32,000 nucleotides of DNA from an uncultured Erysipelotrichaceae bacterium (GCA_942492995.1 OW818653.1:540001-572000); one strand, 5' to 3'; positions 1 to 9,049 are shown, counted from the first letter of the stretch. Program-made: numbers and translations. The notes: generated by a model from the sequence alone, not told the origin.

Positions 1-245
1 ATGAATTAGTTACTAAATTAATGAATGCAGAAAAAGTTAAAGTAAGACATTGTTATAACTGTTTAAAACCATGTAATCCAGCCACAACACCTTATTGTAT
101 TACTGAAGCGCTTATTCAAGCAGTTAAAGGTAATATAAGTGAAGGGTTAGTGTTTACAGGTACAAATGGATATCGAAATAAGTCGATTATACATGTATCA
201 GAATTAATCGACGAATTATTCCCAAATAAGGAGATATATCGATGA
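1..245 (+). CDS. fabK: enoyl-ACP reductase II (FabK-type flavoprotein), C-terminal fragment; the 5' end lies upstream of the window
   Basis: The frame is open from base 3 (ELVTKL precedes the tracked Met at 21). The C-terminal sequence CITEALIQAVKGNISEGLVFTG resembles FabK/nitronate monooxygenase-family C-termini. The stop overlaps the fabD ATG (ATGA at 242-245), as in FabK-type fab clusters. Confidence 0.55.
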   Translation, partial: ELVTKLMNAEKVKVRHCYNCLKPCNPATTPYCITEALIQAVKGNISEGLVFTGTNGYRNKSIIHVSELIDELFPNKEIYR

Positions 246-1162
246 AAATAGGATTTCTATTTGTTGGTCAAGGATCACAAACAGTAGGGATGGGACTTGA
301 TGTTTATACAAATTATCAAAGTTCGAAAGATTTATTTGATTCAGTAAAATTAGATTTTGATGTAAAAGATGTTTGTTTTAATGGACCAAAAGAAGTACTG
401 GATCAAACATACTATACACAACCAAGTTTACTCATCACTTCACTTGCGATAGCGAATGCTTTAAATGAAGAAGGTATTCGTGCAGATGTTGTGGCTGGTT
501 TGAGCTTAGGTGAATACAGTGCACTTTGTTATGCGAATGGCTTGGATGTAAATCAAGCGATTAAGTTAGTTTCTAAACGTGCTGAAATTATGAGCAATGC
601 ATTACCATTAAACGTAAGTGGAATGGTAGCCGTACTAAGCGATAGAATTGATTTAATAAAAGAAGTTGTAAATCAAGTTCGAAGCGAAGGGGTTGGTTTA
701 GTTGAAATTGCAAATTATAATAGTCCTTCACAAACGGTTATTAGTGGTGAAAATAAAGCATTAGAAATATCAGTTAATCGTTTAAAAGAGTTGAAAATTC
801 GTTGTATTCCGTTAGCTGTTAGTGGTGCGTTTCATACCTCATTATTAAATGAGGCAAGTATGCAATTATCGAAAGAACTCGAAAATTATACATTTATTCA
901 ACTAAGTTGTTCGATGTTATTTAATATTAGTGGAATAGAAGAATTAGATGTAAAACAAGCACTCACAAACCAGATTTGTTCATCAGTACAATGGGTTAAA
1001 ACGATTGAGAGAATGAATGAATTAGGCGTTGATTGTTTTATCGAAATAGGACCAAAGAATAGTTTACAGAAATTAGTCAAACAAATAGTACCAGAAGCGC
1101 GAGTATTCTCGGTTGATTCGAAAGAGAGTATTAAGCAACTCATAGGAGAACTCAATGGATAA
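242..1162 (+). CDS. fabD: malonyl-CoA:ACP transacylase
   Basis: GQGSQ motif (FVGQGSQTVGMG) and active-site serine motif GLSLGEYSA. AAGGAG sits at 229-234 upstream of the ATG. The gene lies within the fab cluster. Confidence 0.9.
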   Translation: MKIGFLFVGQGSQTVGMGLDVYTNYQSSKDLFDSVKLDFDVKDVCFNGPKEVLDQTYYTQPSLLITSLAIANALNEEGIRADVVAGLSLGEYSALCYANGLDVNQAIKLVSKRAEIMSNALPLNVSGMVAVLSDRIDLIKEVVNQVRSEGVGLVEIANYNSPSQTVISGENKALEISVNRLKELKIRCIPLAVSGAFHTSLLNEASMQLSKELENYTFIQLSCSMLFNISGIEELDVKQALTNQICSSVQWVKTIERMNELGVDCFIEIGPKNSLQKLVKQIVPEARVFSVDSKESIKQLIGELNG

Positions 1163-1892
1163 ATTAGTATGTCTAGTGACAGGCGCATCAAGTGGAATTG
1201 GTCGTCAAATAGCACTTGATTTTGCGAAAGAGGGATATGATTTAGTCTTGAACTATAGCTCAAATGCGGTAAGTGCAATGGAAGTAGCGAAAGAATGTGA
1301 ATCGTTTGGAAGTAAAACACTTGTCCTTGGATTTGATGTATCAAAAGGGGATGAAGTAGAAAAGAATATTCAAACAGTAATTAGTACATTCGGAAAGATT
1401 GATGTATTAATTAATAATTCTGGAATTACACGAGATGGTTTAGTTCTTCGTATGAAGGAAAGTGATTTTGAGGATGTGATTGATATTAATCTTAAAGGTG
1501 CATTTAATTGTTCAAAAGCTGTTTTGAAGTATATGTTTAAAGCGCGTTCTGGGAAAATTATCAATATGACAAGTGTTATTGGTTTAATCGGTAATGCAGG
1601 ACAAGCGAATTATGCGGCATCTAAAGCTGGACTTATTGGTTTGACGAAGTCTTTGGCAAAAGAGTGTGCAACACGAAATATTAATGTTAATGCGATTGCG
1701 CCAGGGTTTATTCAAACACGTATGACGGATCAATTAAGCGATGATTTAAAACAATCTATCCTTAAACAGATACCAAATGGTCGATTTGGATCTTGTGAAG
1801 ATATCTCTAACTGTGCTCTATTTCTTGCGAGTAATAAAGCAAACTATATAAATGGACAAGTCATTCAAGTGGATGGCGGAATGGTGATGTAA
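1155..1892 (+). CDS. fabG: 3-oxoacyl-ACP reductase (short-chain dehydrogenase/reductase)
   Basis: TGASSGIGRQ Rossmann motif, NNSG, and catalytic YAASKAG (YxxxK). It overlaps the fabD end by 8 nt. The position between fabD and fabF is typical. Confidence 0.9.
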   Translation: MDKLVCLVTGASSGIGRQIALDFAKEGYDLVLNYSSNAVSAMEVAKECESFGSKTLVLGFDVSKGDEVEKNIQTVISTFGKIDVLINNSGITRDGLVLRMKESDFEDVIDINLKGAFNCSKAVLKYMFKARSGKIINMTSVIGLIGNAGQANYAASKAGLIGLTKSLAKECATRNINVNAIAPGFIQTRMTDQLSDDLKQSILKQIPNGRFGSCEDISNCALFLASNKANYINGQVIQVDGGMVM

Positions 1893-1893
1893 T

Positions 1894-3129
1894 ATGAAAC
1901 GAAGAGTCGTAATTACGGGTATGGGTGTTGTTAGTCCGATTGGGAATGATTTAGATACATTTTGGAAGAGTATTTTAAATCAAGAATGTGGGATTGATGA
2001 AATCAAAGCATTTAATACGGATGAGTATAAAGTTAAATTAGCTGCAGAAGTAAAGGATTTGAATGAAGATATGTATTTCACTAAACGTGAATTACAGTTC
2101 AATGATCGTTTTACTGTTTTTGCGCGTATCGCTGCGAAACAAGCTTTTATTGATTCAAAACTTGATTTAGAACAAATCAATAAAAAACGTTTTGGGGTAA
2201 TAATTGGATCTGGAATTGGTGGATTAGCTTCACTTGAGAATGCGAGTAATAGCTTAAAAGAACGTGGACCAAGTCGTATATCACCGTATTTCATTCCAAT
2301 GACATTAATTAACCTTGCGGCTGGTCAAGTCGCAATCGATAATAAAGCTCAAGGTTTATGTTCGTCGGTTGTAACGGCATGTGCAGCGGGTACAAATGCG
2401 ATTGGTGAAGCATTCCATAAGATTCGTGATGGATATCAAGATGTGATGATTGCGGGTGGTAGTGAAGCTGCAATTACGCCTCTAGGTATTGCTGGATTTA
2501 TGGTTATGCGTGCTCTTCATGCTGGAAGTGATAAAAATTATGCGAGTATTCCATTTGATGAAAATCGTAGTGGTTTCGTGATGGGAGAGGGTTCAGGTAT
2601 TTTAATTCTTGAAGAGCTTGAACATGCCTTAGCACGTAAAGCAACGATTTTAGCTGAAGTTATTGGTTATGGTAGTTCATGTGATGCACATCATATTACA
2701 GCTCCAGTCGAAGATGGATCTGGTGCGGCGTATGCGATGGAAGAAGCAATTAATGATGCGAAGATTGAAAAAGAATCAATTGATTACATTAATGCCCATG
2801 GTACAAGTACACCATTAAACGATAAGACTGAAACTAAAGCGGTTAAATTAGCATTTGGTGAGTATAGTACTAAGTTAGCGATGTCATCCACAAAGTCGTA
2901 TACCGGCCATTTATTAGGGGCTAGTGGTGCTGTAGAGGCAATCATTTGTGTTAAAGCACTTCAAGATGGATATATTCCTGCCACTATCAATTCAAAAGCA
3001 CAAGATCCACTTTGTGATTTAGATGTAGTCTTAGGTGAAGGAAGACATCAAAAACTTAAAACAGTTATGTCTAACTCCTTAGGATTTGGTGGACATAATG
3101 CGTCGATCATATTAAGGAAGTGGGATTAA
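1894..3129 (+). CDS. fabF: 3-oxoacyl-ACP synthase II (KAS II)
   Basis: KRRVVITGMGVVSPIGN N-terminus, active-site Cys in VVTACAAGTNAIG, and His motifs in CDAHHITAP and NAHGTSTP, plus GHLLGASG. Confidence 0.92.
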   Translation: MKRRVVITGMGVVSPIGNDLDTFWKSILNQECGIDEIKAFNTDEYKVKLAAEVKDLNEDMYFTKRELQFNDRFTVFARIAAKQAFIDSKLDLEQINKKRFGVIIGSGIGGLASLENASNSLKERGPSRISPYFIPMTLINLAAGQVAIDNKAQGLCSSVVTACAAGTNAIGEAFHKIRDGYQDVMIAGGSEAAITPLGIAGFMVMRALHAGSDKNYASIPFDENRSGFVMGEGSGILILEELEHALARKATILAEVIGYGSSCDAHHITAPVEDGSGAAYAMEEAINDAKIEKESIDYINAHGTSTPLNDKTETKAVKLAFGEYSTKLAMSSTKSYTGHLLGASGAVEAIICVKALQDGYIPATINSKAQDPLCDLDVVLGEGRHQKLKTVMSNSLGFGGHNASIILRKWD

Positions 3130-3554
3130 TGAAATATAACATCGAACAAATTAAAGCGATAATTCCACATCGTTATCCATTTCTATTAATCGATCAAATC
3201 GATGACATTATCGATAATACGATTATTGGACGCAAAGCTGTCACAATAAATGAACCTTTCTTTCAAGGTCATTTTCCAGAGAAAGCAGTTATGCCTGGTG
3301 TTTTAATTATTGAAGCACTTGCACAAACAGGTGCAGTATTATTACTATCACAAGAACAATTCAAGGGTAAAATTGCATACTTCGCTGGAATTGATCAAGT
3401 TCGTTTTAAACAAGTTGTACGTCCTGGAGATGTATTAAGACTTGAAGTCTGTTTAACACGTCAAAGATCTTCCATTGGTTTTGCGTCTGCGAAAGCATAT
3501 GTTGATAATCAAGTTGTATGTAGTGCAGAATTGATGTTCAGTGTAGGTGAGTAG
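3129..3554 (+). CDS. fabZ: 3-hydroxyacyl-ACP dehydratase
   Basis: PHRYPFLLID and GHFPEKAVMPGVLIIEALAQ hot-dog motifs. I prefer the ATG at 3129 (TAATG overlap with the fabF stop, AAGGAAG at 3114-3120) over the tracked GTG at 3120. Confidence 0.9.
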   Translation: MKYNIEQIKAIIPHRYPFLLIDQIDDIIDNTIIGRKAVTINEPFFQGHFPEKAVMPGVLIIEALAQTGAVLLLSQEQFKGKIAYFAGIDQVRFKQVVRPGDVLRLEVCLTRQRSSIGFASAKAYVDNQVVCSAELMFSVGE

Positions 3555-4229
3555 ATGACATTATATCGTCTGATTGTCTTTCTACTCTATTTACCTTGGG
3601 TATATTTGAAATCAATAAAGATCGATGATTTAGCTTTTCGTGATCGATTTTTGATTATACAGAAACTATGTAAAACAATCGTAAAAAATTGGAAAATAAA
3701 TTTAATCGTTAATGTATCAGAGAAAATAGATTCAAATGAAACATACTATATTATTTCAAATCATCAAGGAACATTTGATCCAATCTTCTTAGTTGCGGCA
3801 AGTCCGATCGCAAATAGTTTTATTTCTAAAGAAGAGAACTTAAAATTACCAGTAATAGGGACATGGGGCAGAAAAATAGAGTTCATTACGTTTAAACGAA
3901 ATGATTTCGATGAAAATGTACAAATGTTGAGACAATCGATGCGTTTTCTTAAAGAAAAAAAGTCTTTACTCGTATTCCCAGAAGGAACTCGTTCAAGACA
4001 ACAATCCATGCTTGATTTTAAAGTAGGCGCATTCTTACCTGCGTATGGTTCAAAAGTGAAAATATTACCTGTTACCTTACGAAATTCCTACAAAATGGAT
4101 GAATTTAACTCTAATGTATCAGAAATAGAAATAACCTATCATGATCCAATTGAAGTAAGTGAGTATTCTAAGTTAAGTTACTCTGAATGTGCAGATAAAG
4201 TGAAAAAGATTATTGAATCGGCTCTTTAA
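3555..4229 (+). CDS. lysophospholipid acyltransferase family protein (1-acyl-sn-glycerol-3-phosphate acyltransferase-like)
   Basis: NHQGTFD (HX4D) and FPEGTRS motifs of the AGPAT/LPLAT family, with an N-terminal hydrophobic anchor. The ATG immediately follows the fabZ stop (TAGATG). Confidence 0.75.
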   Translation: MTLYRLIVFLLYLPWVYLKSIKIDDLAFRDRFLIIQKLCKTIVKNWKINLIVNVSEKIDSNETYYIISNHQGTFDPIFLVAASPIANSFISKEENLKLPVIGTWGRKIEFITFKRNDFDENVQMLRQSMRFLKEKKSLLVFPEGTRSRQQSMLDFKVGAFLPAYGSKVKILPVTLRNSYKMDEFNSNVSEIEITYHDPIEVSEYSKLSYSECADKVKKIIESAL

Positions 4230-4692
4230 TCGTTAAACTCTCATCTAAATAGATTATTTCATAGGATTCTATTTTGGATTTACATGATACAACAATACAG
4301 AAATCAGGGTTTAGTGATATTACTTGAAAATAAATATCATTTAACTCTTTTTTTAATAAATACGTTTTATCATCTAATAACTTTATTACAGATTCGCGTT
4401 TACACCAATCCAATAATGGGTTTGTAGAATCTAAATGAAGTTTGTTTATTAGTGAATTACTTAAAGGTCGAATAAACTCACAATCAATACCAATTGTATA
4501 AGTATGATAAGCTATTATTAGTAGATCTTTTGAATGACTAACAGAAATATACCCATTATCGATTAATGGTTTTCCTGTTTGACTGTAATGCAAAGTACCC
4601 CAATTAAATTGTTTAGTTAGTTCTTCTAAAATAACCTGGCTTTGGTTGTTTCTCCATAATGAATTTGATCGTTGTATTGCGTATATTAACAT
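4210..4692 (-). CDS. 4'-phosphopantetheinyl transferase, compact Sfp-like form (160 aa)
   Basis: Motifs GKP(L), SVSHS, GIDCEFI and WCKRESVIKL match the Sfp/AcpT-type PPTase signatures (GKP, xSHS, GxDxE, WxxKE[SA]xxK). No obvious SD. The 3' end overlaps the acyltransferase 3' end by 20 nt. Confidence 0.65.
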   Translation of the reverse strand: MLIYAIQRSNSLWRNNQSQVILEELTKQFNWGTLHYSQTGKPLIDNGYISVSHSKDLLIIAYHTYTIGIDCEFIRPLSNSLINKLHLDSTNPLLDWCKRESVIKLLDDKTYLLKKELNDIYFQVISLNPDFCIVVSCKSKIESYEIIYLDESLTIKEPIQ

Positions 4693-4725
4693 AGTTTAAG
4701 TTTAGCATATTTATCTTTGTCTATA

Positions 4726-4753
4726 TTGCATTAATATTTGCTTACTGTATAAT
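4726..4753 (+). promoter_or_regulatory. putative sigma-70-type promoter for speD
   Basis: TTGCAT (4726-4731), a 16-nt spacer, then TATAAT (4748-4753), about 28 nt upstream of the speD ATG. AT-rich background, so chance matches are common. Confidence 0.4.
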
Positions 4754-4781
4754 TGATACGTATTTCAGAAAGGGTATTACA

Positions 4782-5606
4782 ATGAAAAAAATAGCTTTGT
4801 ATGGGTTCAATAACCTAACAAAAACTTGCAGTTTCAATATTTATGACATCTGTTATGCAAAGACAGAAGAAGAAAGAAAAGATTATTTAGCGTATATTGA
4901 TGAGCAGTATAATTCTACTCGTTTAACGAAAATATTAACGGATGTTACAAGTATGATTGGTGCACATGTTTTAAATATTGCGAAACAAGATTATGAACCT
5001 CAAGGGGCAAGTGTTACGATATTAATAAGTGAAGAACCAATTGATGAGAATCATTTAGATGCTTCATGTAATGTCGCCACAATCGAAAATGGAGTTGTTA
5101 CACCACGTACAATTGTTGGTCATCTTGATAAGAGCCATGTGACTGTACATACCTATCCGGAATATCATCCAAATCACGAAATTTCAACGTTTAGAGTTGA
5201 TATTGATGTATCAACCTGCGGACGTATATCACCACTTAAAGCACTTGATTATCTAATCGCAAGCTTTGATTCTGATATTATAACGATTGATTATAGAGTG
5301 CGTGGATTTACACGTGGGTTAGACGGTAAAAAGTTCTTTATTGATCACGACATTAATTCAATCCAAAACTATATCGATGTAAATACATTAGATCGTTATA
5401 ATCGTATTGATGTAAATGTTTACGAATCTAATTTATTCCATACTAAAATGATGTTAAAAGATATCGTATTAGAGAACTATCTATTTACGAGTAATTTAAA
5501 TAATTTAAGTGATTCGGATCAAGAAGAAATATATCATTTAGTTCATCACGAAATGACAGAAATCTTTAATGGTCGTAATATATTTAATAAGGAGGATGAA
5601 TCATGA
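4782..5606 (+). CDS. speD: S-adenosylmethionine decarboxylase proenzyme, long E. coli-type form
   Basis: Collinear similarity to my recollection of E. coli SpeD ([78 protein letters not shown]). The predicted self-processing site is K117/S118 (Ser codon 5133-5135). GAAAGGG RBS. Confidence 0.9.
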   Translation: MKKIALYGFNNLTKTCSFNIYDICYAKTEEERKDYLAYIDEQYNSTRLTKILTDVTSMIGAHVLNIAKQDYEPQGASVTILISEEPIDENHLDASCNVATIENGVVTPRTIVGHLDKSHVTVHTYPEYHPNHEISTFRVDIDVSTCGRISPLKALDYLIASFDSDIITIDYRVRGFTRGLDGKKFFIDHDINSIQNYIDVNTLDRYNRIDVNVYESNLFHTKMMLKDIVLENYLFTSNLNNLSDSDQEEIYHLVHHEMTEIFNGRNIFNKEDES

Positions 5607-6466
5607 TTGACCTATGGTACAGTGAGTTTCATTCAGAAACAATAAAGTTCTCAGTGCATGTTGAGAAACAAATTTTAAGTAAACAAAGTCCTTTTCAACG
5701 AATTGACGTGTTCGAATCGAAAGAATTAGGTCGATTCTTTACATTAGATGGTTATATTATGATTACTGAAAAGGATGAATTCATTTATCATGACATGATT
5801 GTACATGTGCCAATGCATGTTAATCCTGAAATTAAGAAAGTACTTGTTATTGGGGCAGGCGATGGCGGTACAGTTCGTGAGTTATGTCGTTATCCTTCCA
5901 TTGAATCAATCGATATGGTTGAAATTGATGAAATGGTTGTTCAAGTATGTGAAGAATATTTTCCAATTACTGCGAATAAATTAAGAGATGAAAGAGTTCA
6001 TTTGTATTTTGAAGATGGACTAAAGTTTGTTGCTTCAAAAAAGAATGAATATGATTTGATTATTGTAGACTCAACCGATCCATTTGGACCGGGTGAAGGA
6101 TTGTTTACACGCACATTCTATGCGGATTGTTTTTCAGCTCTAAATGAGAATGGAATTCTTGTTAATCAACATGAAAGTCCTTTCTACGATCATTATAAAA
6201 AGAATATGCAACGTGCACATAAGCGTATCGTAGAATCATTTCCAATTGCCCAAGTTTATCAAGCATTTATTCCTACATATGCTTCAGGTCATTGGTTGTT
6301 TGGGTTTGCGAGTAAGAAGCTTGATCCAATTAAAGACTTTAAAAAGGATGCATGGAAATCATTAAATCTTAAAACAAAATACTATAATTCAAAAATTCAT
6401 GAAGCATCTTTTGCTTTACCTAATTATGTAATTGATTTACTTGATGAAGGTAAAAAGCATGAATAA
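5603..6466 (+). CDS. speE: spermidine synthase (aminopropyltransferase)
   Basis: LWYSE...QRIDVFES...[18 protein letters not shown] and [16 protein letters not shown] motifs. ATGA overlap with speD, and AGGAGG upstream. Confidence 0.9.
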   Translation: MIDLWYSEFHSETIKFSVHVEKQILSKQSPFQRIDVFESKELGRFFTLDGYIMITEKDEFIYHDMIVHVPMHVNPEIKKVLVIGAGDGGTVRELCRYPSIESIDMVEIDEMVVQVCEEYFPITANKLRDERVHLYFEDGLKFVASKKNEYDLIIVDSTDPFGPGEGLFTRTFYADCFSALNENGILVNQHESPFYDHYKKNMQRAHKRIVESFPIAQVYQAFIPTYASGHWLFGFASKKLDPIKDFKKDAWKSLNLKTKYYNSKIHEASFALPNYVIDLLDEGKKHE

Positions 6467-7178
6467 TGTTAATACGATTTTATTTGATTTAGATGGAACG
6501 TTACTTCCAATTAATGGAGAAGCATTTGAAGCAATCTATTTTAAAGGATTATCATCCTATTTCTTAGATAAATATGAACCAAAAGAATTTATCAAGATAA
6601 TTTGGTCAGCGACTAAAGCAATGGTAAAAGATACAAGTTCTAAGACAAATGAAGAAGCGTTTATGGAAGCTCTTCAATTGATTGTGAATGATGATATCAC
6701 TTGGATGCAAGAACGTTTTAATACTTTCTATCTAAATGAATTCGATCAAATACGACAAGCTGTTATACCTAATGAATTTATTCAGAAGGCTGTTAAACTG
6801 TTAAAACAAAAAGGGTATCGATTGGTCATAGCGACGAATCCAATGTTTCCAAAAATAGCAATCGAGAAACGCATTGAATGGACAGGATGTAATCGAAATG
6901 ATTTCGAGTATGTCACATCATTTGAAAAAAATCATTATTGTAAACCTCAATTAAAATTCTATGAAGAAGTATTAAGTGATTTGAATCTTAAAGCAGAAGA
7001 GTGTTTGATGGTAGGGAACGATCTAAATGAAGATATGATTGTTTCGCATTTGAATATGAAAACCTACTTAATTACGAATCATGTAATGCAAAATGAAACA
7101 TTACCAGAATCAGTAACATATTCTGGTGAATATGAAGACTTTTATACGTTTGTAAATGAATTAGCACCTATTAAATAA
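6459..7178 (+). CDS. HAD-superfamily hydrolase
   Basis: Motif I FDLDGTLL, motif II IATNP, Lys in YCKPQ, and motif IV VGNDLNEDM. I prefer the ATG at 6459 ([14 protein letters not shown]), which overlaps the speE end by 8 nt, over the tracked start at 6432. Confidence 0.75.
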   Translation: MNNVNTILFDLDGTLLPINGEAFEAIYFKGLSSYFLDKYEPKEFIKIIWSATKAMVKDTSSKTNEEAFMEALQLIVNDDITWMQERFNTFYLNEFDQIRQAVIPNEFIQKAVKLLKQKGYRLVIATNPMFPKIAIEKRIEWTGCNRNDFEYVTSFEKNHYCKPQLKFYEEVLSDLNLKAEECLMVGNDLNEDMIVSHLNMKTYLITNHVMQNETLPESVTYSGEYEDFYTFVNELAPIK

Positions 7179-7189
7179 TAGGTGTTTTT
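7165..7189 (+). terminator. intrinsic terminator after the speD-speE-HAD unit
   Basis: CACCTATT (7165-7172) pairs with AATAGGTG (7177-7184) across loop AAAT, and TTTTT follows. The hairpin overlaps the HAD stop codon. Confidence 0.55.
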
Positions 7190-7237
7190 ATTGTGATTTT
7201 CGTTAAATAAAAGTATAGTGAAATTAAGGAGGATCAT

Positions 7238-7633
7238 ATGGCACGAATAAAACACACACCGCATAAATCATCATTAGGCATAGATGCAAATCTGGTTATA
7301 TTAATTGTTTGGTTTGGCGCATTCGTTCTCAGTTTAATCGAACCTATTTCATTCTTATCATTTACGATTCCTTTTATAATTCTATTTATTGAGAAAGAAA
7401 GTGTATTAGTCAAACAACATGCGATTCAGGCAATTACACTATTCATTTTCAATATTCTTGCGACACTTGTAATATTTATATTCCCATTATTTGGATTATT
7501 ATTCTGGATAATTGCGATGATAGAGCTTGGATTGATTGTAATTGCGGCACAACGTGGATGGTATTATCAAGAATATGAACTTCCATTTATTCAACCAATC
7601 GCAAAATTAGTTAAAAAGTTACTATTACGGTAA
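7238..7633 (+). CDS. small integral membrane protein, DUF4870-like
   Basis: Pattern SSLGID.N...ILIVWFG ... FIEKES.LVKQHAIQA and 3-4 hydrophobic helices. Strong AAGGAGG RBS at 7227-7233. Confidence 0.6.
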   Translation: MARIKHTPHKSSLGIDANLVILIVWFGAFVLSLIEPISFLSFTIPFIILFIEKESVLVKQHAIQAITLFIFNILATLVIFIFPLFGLLFWIIAMIELGLIVIAAQRGWYYQEYELPFIQPIAKLVKKLLLR

Positions 7634-7640
7634 ATCTAAT

Positions 7641-7669
7641 TTGTTTATAAGATTAATTTTGTCTATAAT
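7641..7669 (+). promoter_or_regulatory. putative promoter for murT, positioned for a leaderless transcript
   Basis: TTGTTT (7641-7646), an exact 17-nt spacer, then TATAAT (7664-7669). Only 6 nt separate the -10 hexamer from the A of the murT ATG (7676), and there is no SD. Confidence 0.4.
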
Positions 7670-7675
7670 TAAATA

Positions 7676-9049
7676 ATGAAACCTATACGATACATTATCG
7701 CTTTATGGAGCGCCAAATTAGCAATCTTTACATTAAGAACACTTGGAAGAAATGGGACACATTTTCCGGGTGGTTTAGCTATGAAAATATGTCCCGATTT
7801 TCTTAGATATATACCAAAACCAAAGAAATTAGTTGCGATTACAGGAACAAATGGTAAAACAACAGTAACGAATTTAATTAGCGATGTGTTAGTAAAAGCA
7901 AATTATAAGATATCAAATAATGCGATGGGGAGTAATATCCAAGAAGGCATAATTACAACAATGGTAAATGCGACAAGTATCTTTGGAAACAGATCGATTG
8001 TCGATTATGTTGTGTTAGAAGTGGATGAGAGAATCTCACCGAAAATATATCCCTATATCAAACCAGATACGTTAATTTTAACGAATCTATTTAGAGATTC
8101 ATATCGACGTAATGCACATGTAGAATTTATTAGTGATATTCTGGAAAAAACGATTCCTTTAGAAACGCAATTAATCGTCAATGCGGATGATCCATTAAGT
8201 TCATTTATTTGTGGTGGTAATAAGCGAATTAGTTACAGTTTAGATAAAATAGAGAATGAAATAGAAGTTAAAGATAGTCGTATAAAAGATTTAGTTAATT
8301 GTCCGAAATGTAATAATACATTAATATATGACTTTAATCGCTATCATCATATCGGTAAAGTACATTGTCCGCATTGTGATTTTAAGTCAATTGAAGCGGA
8401 TATTAAATCTTATTTAGATGTTAGTACGAATGAACTTGTTATTCGTTTTAATGATAAAGAAGTACGTTTTAATGCGATTGGTGATAATACAACAGATCAT
8501 TATAATCTATTGTCCTGTATAACGTTTTTACATACCATTGGTTTGGATTTAGATCAAATTAAAGATGAACTAAATAAACTAGAAATTGTTAAATCACGAT
8601 TTGATATCGTGAAAGTGCAAGATAAACAAATCATTATAATGATGACCAAGGATCAAAATCCTGTCGCAACTTCACGTGTATTTGATTATATACGTAAACA
8701 GTCACATTTAAAGATTGCGGTTATACTGATTAATGAGAATACTGAACATCATACGTTAAGTGAAAACAACGCATGGTATTACGACACTGATTTTGAATAC
8801 CTTAACCAAGAGTATATAAAACAAATCATCGGTGGTGGTCAACGTGTATTAGATTTAAAAATTCGCGTTTTATTAGCAGAAATTGAAGAGAGTAAATATA
8901 CATATGCATGGGAAGAATTAGAAACAGCAGAATGCGTTGATTTTAATAAAGTTGATACAGTTTTTATTCTCAATGGGACTAAGAATATTCCTGAGGCAAA
9001 AGTGATTCGTCAACGATTAATAAATCGAATAGAAGGGAGTAATAAATAA
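7676..9049 (+). CDS. murT: MurT-like Mur-ligase-family protein (lipid II isoglutaminyl synthase ligase-subunit homologue)
   Basis: The N-terminus is collinear with S. aureus MurT as I recall it. P-loop ITGTNGKTTVTN, VLEVDE, TNLFRDS, Cys4 ribbon CPKC...CPHC, and a C-terminal DUF1727-like segment (AWYYDTDFEYL). It is followed by a GatD-like gene with a TAATG overlap. Confidence 0.8.
   Translation: MKPIRYIIALWSAKLAIFTLRTLGRNGTHFPGGLAMKICPDFLRYIPKPKKLVAITGTNGKTTVTNLISDVLVKANYKISNNAMGSNIQEGIITTMVNATSIFGNRSIVDYVVLEVDERISPKIYPYIKPDTLILTNLFRDSYRRNAHVEFISDILEKTIPLETQLIVNADDPLSSFICGGNKRISYSLDKIENEIEVKDSRIKDLVNCPKCNNTLIYDFNRYHHIGKVHCPHCDFKSIEADIKSYLDVSTNELVIRFNDKEVRFNAIGDNTTDHYNLLSCITFLHTIGLDLDQIKDELNKLEIVKSRFDIVKVQDKQIIIMMTKDQNPVATSRVFDYIRKQSHLKIAVILINENTEHHTLSENNAWYYDTDFEYLNQEYIKQIIGGGQRVLDLKIRVLLAEIEESKYTYAWEELETAECVDFNKVDTVFILNGTKNIPEAKVIRQRLINRIEGSNK

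Noticed and set aside
898-1344. 148-aa reverse-strand ORF across the fabD/fabG junction
   Set aside because: It is antisense to two motif-confirmed fab genes. It has no start context and I recognise no motifs.
5799-5984. 61-aa same-strand out-of-frame ORF inside speE
   Set aside because: It is embedded in a motif-confirmed CDS. It has no RBS and is Leu/Lys-rich, low-complexity sequence.
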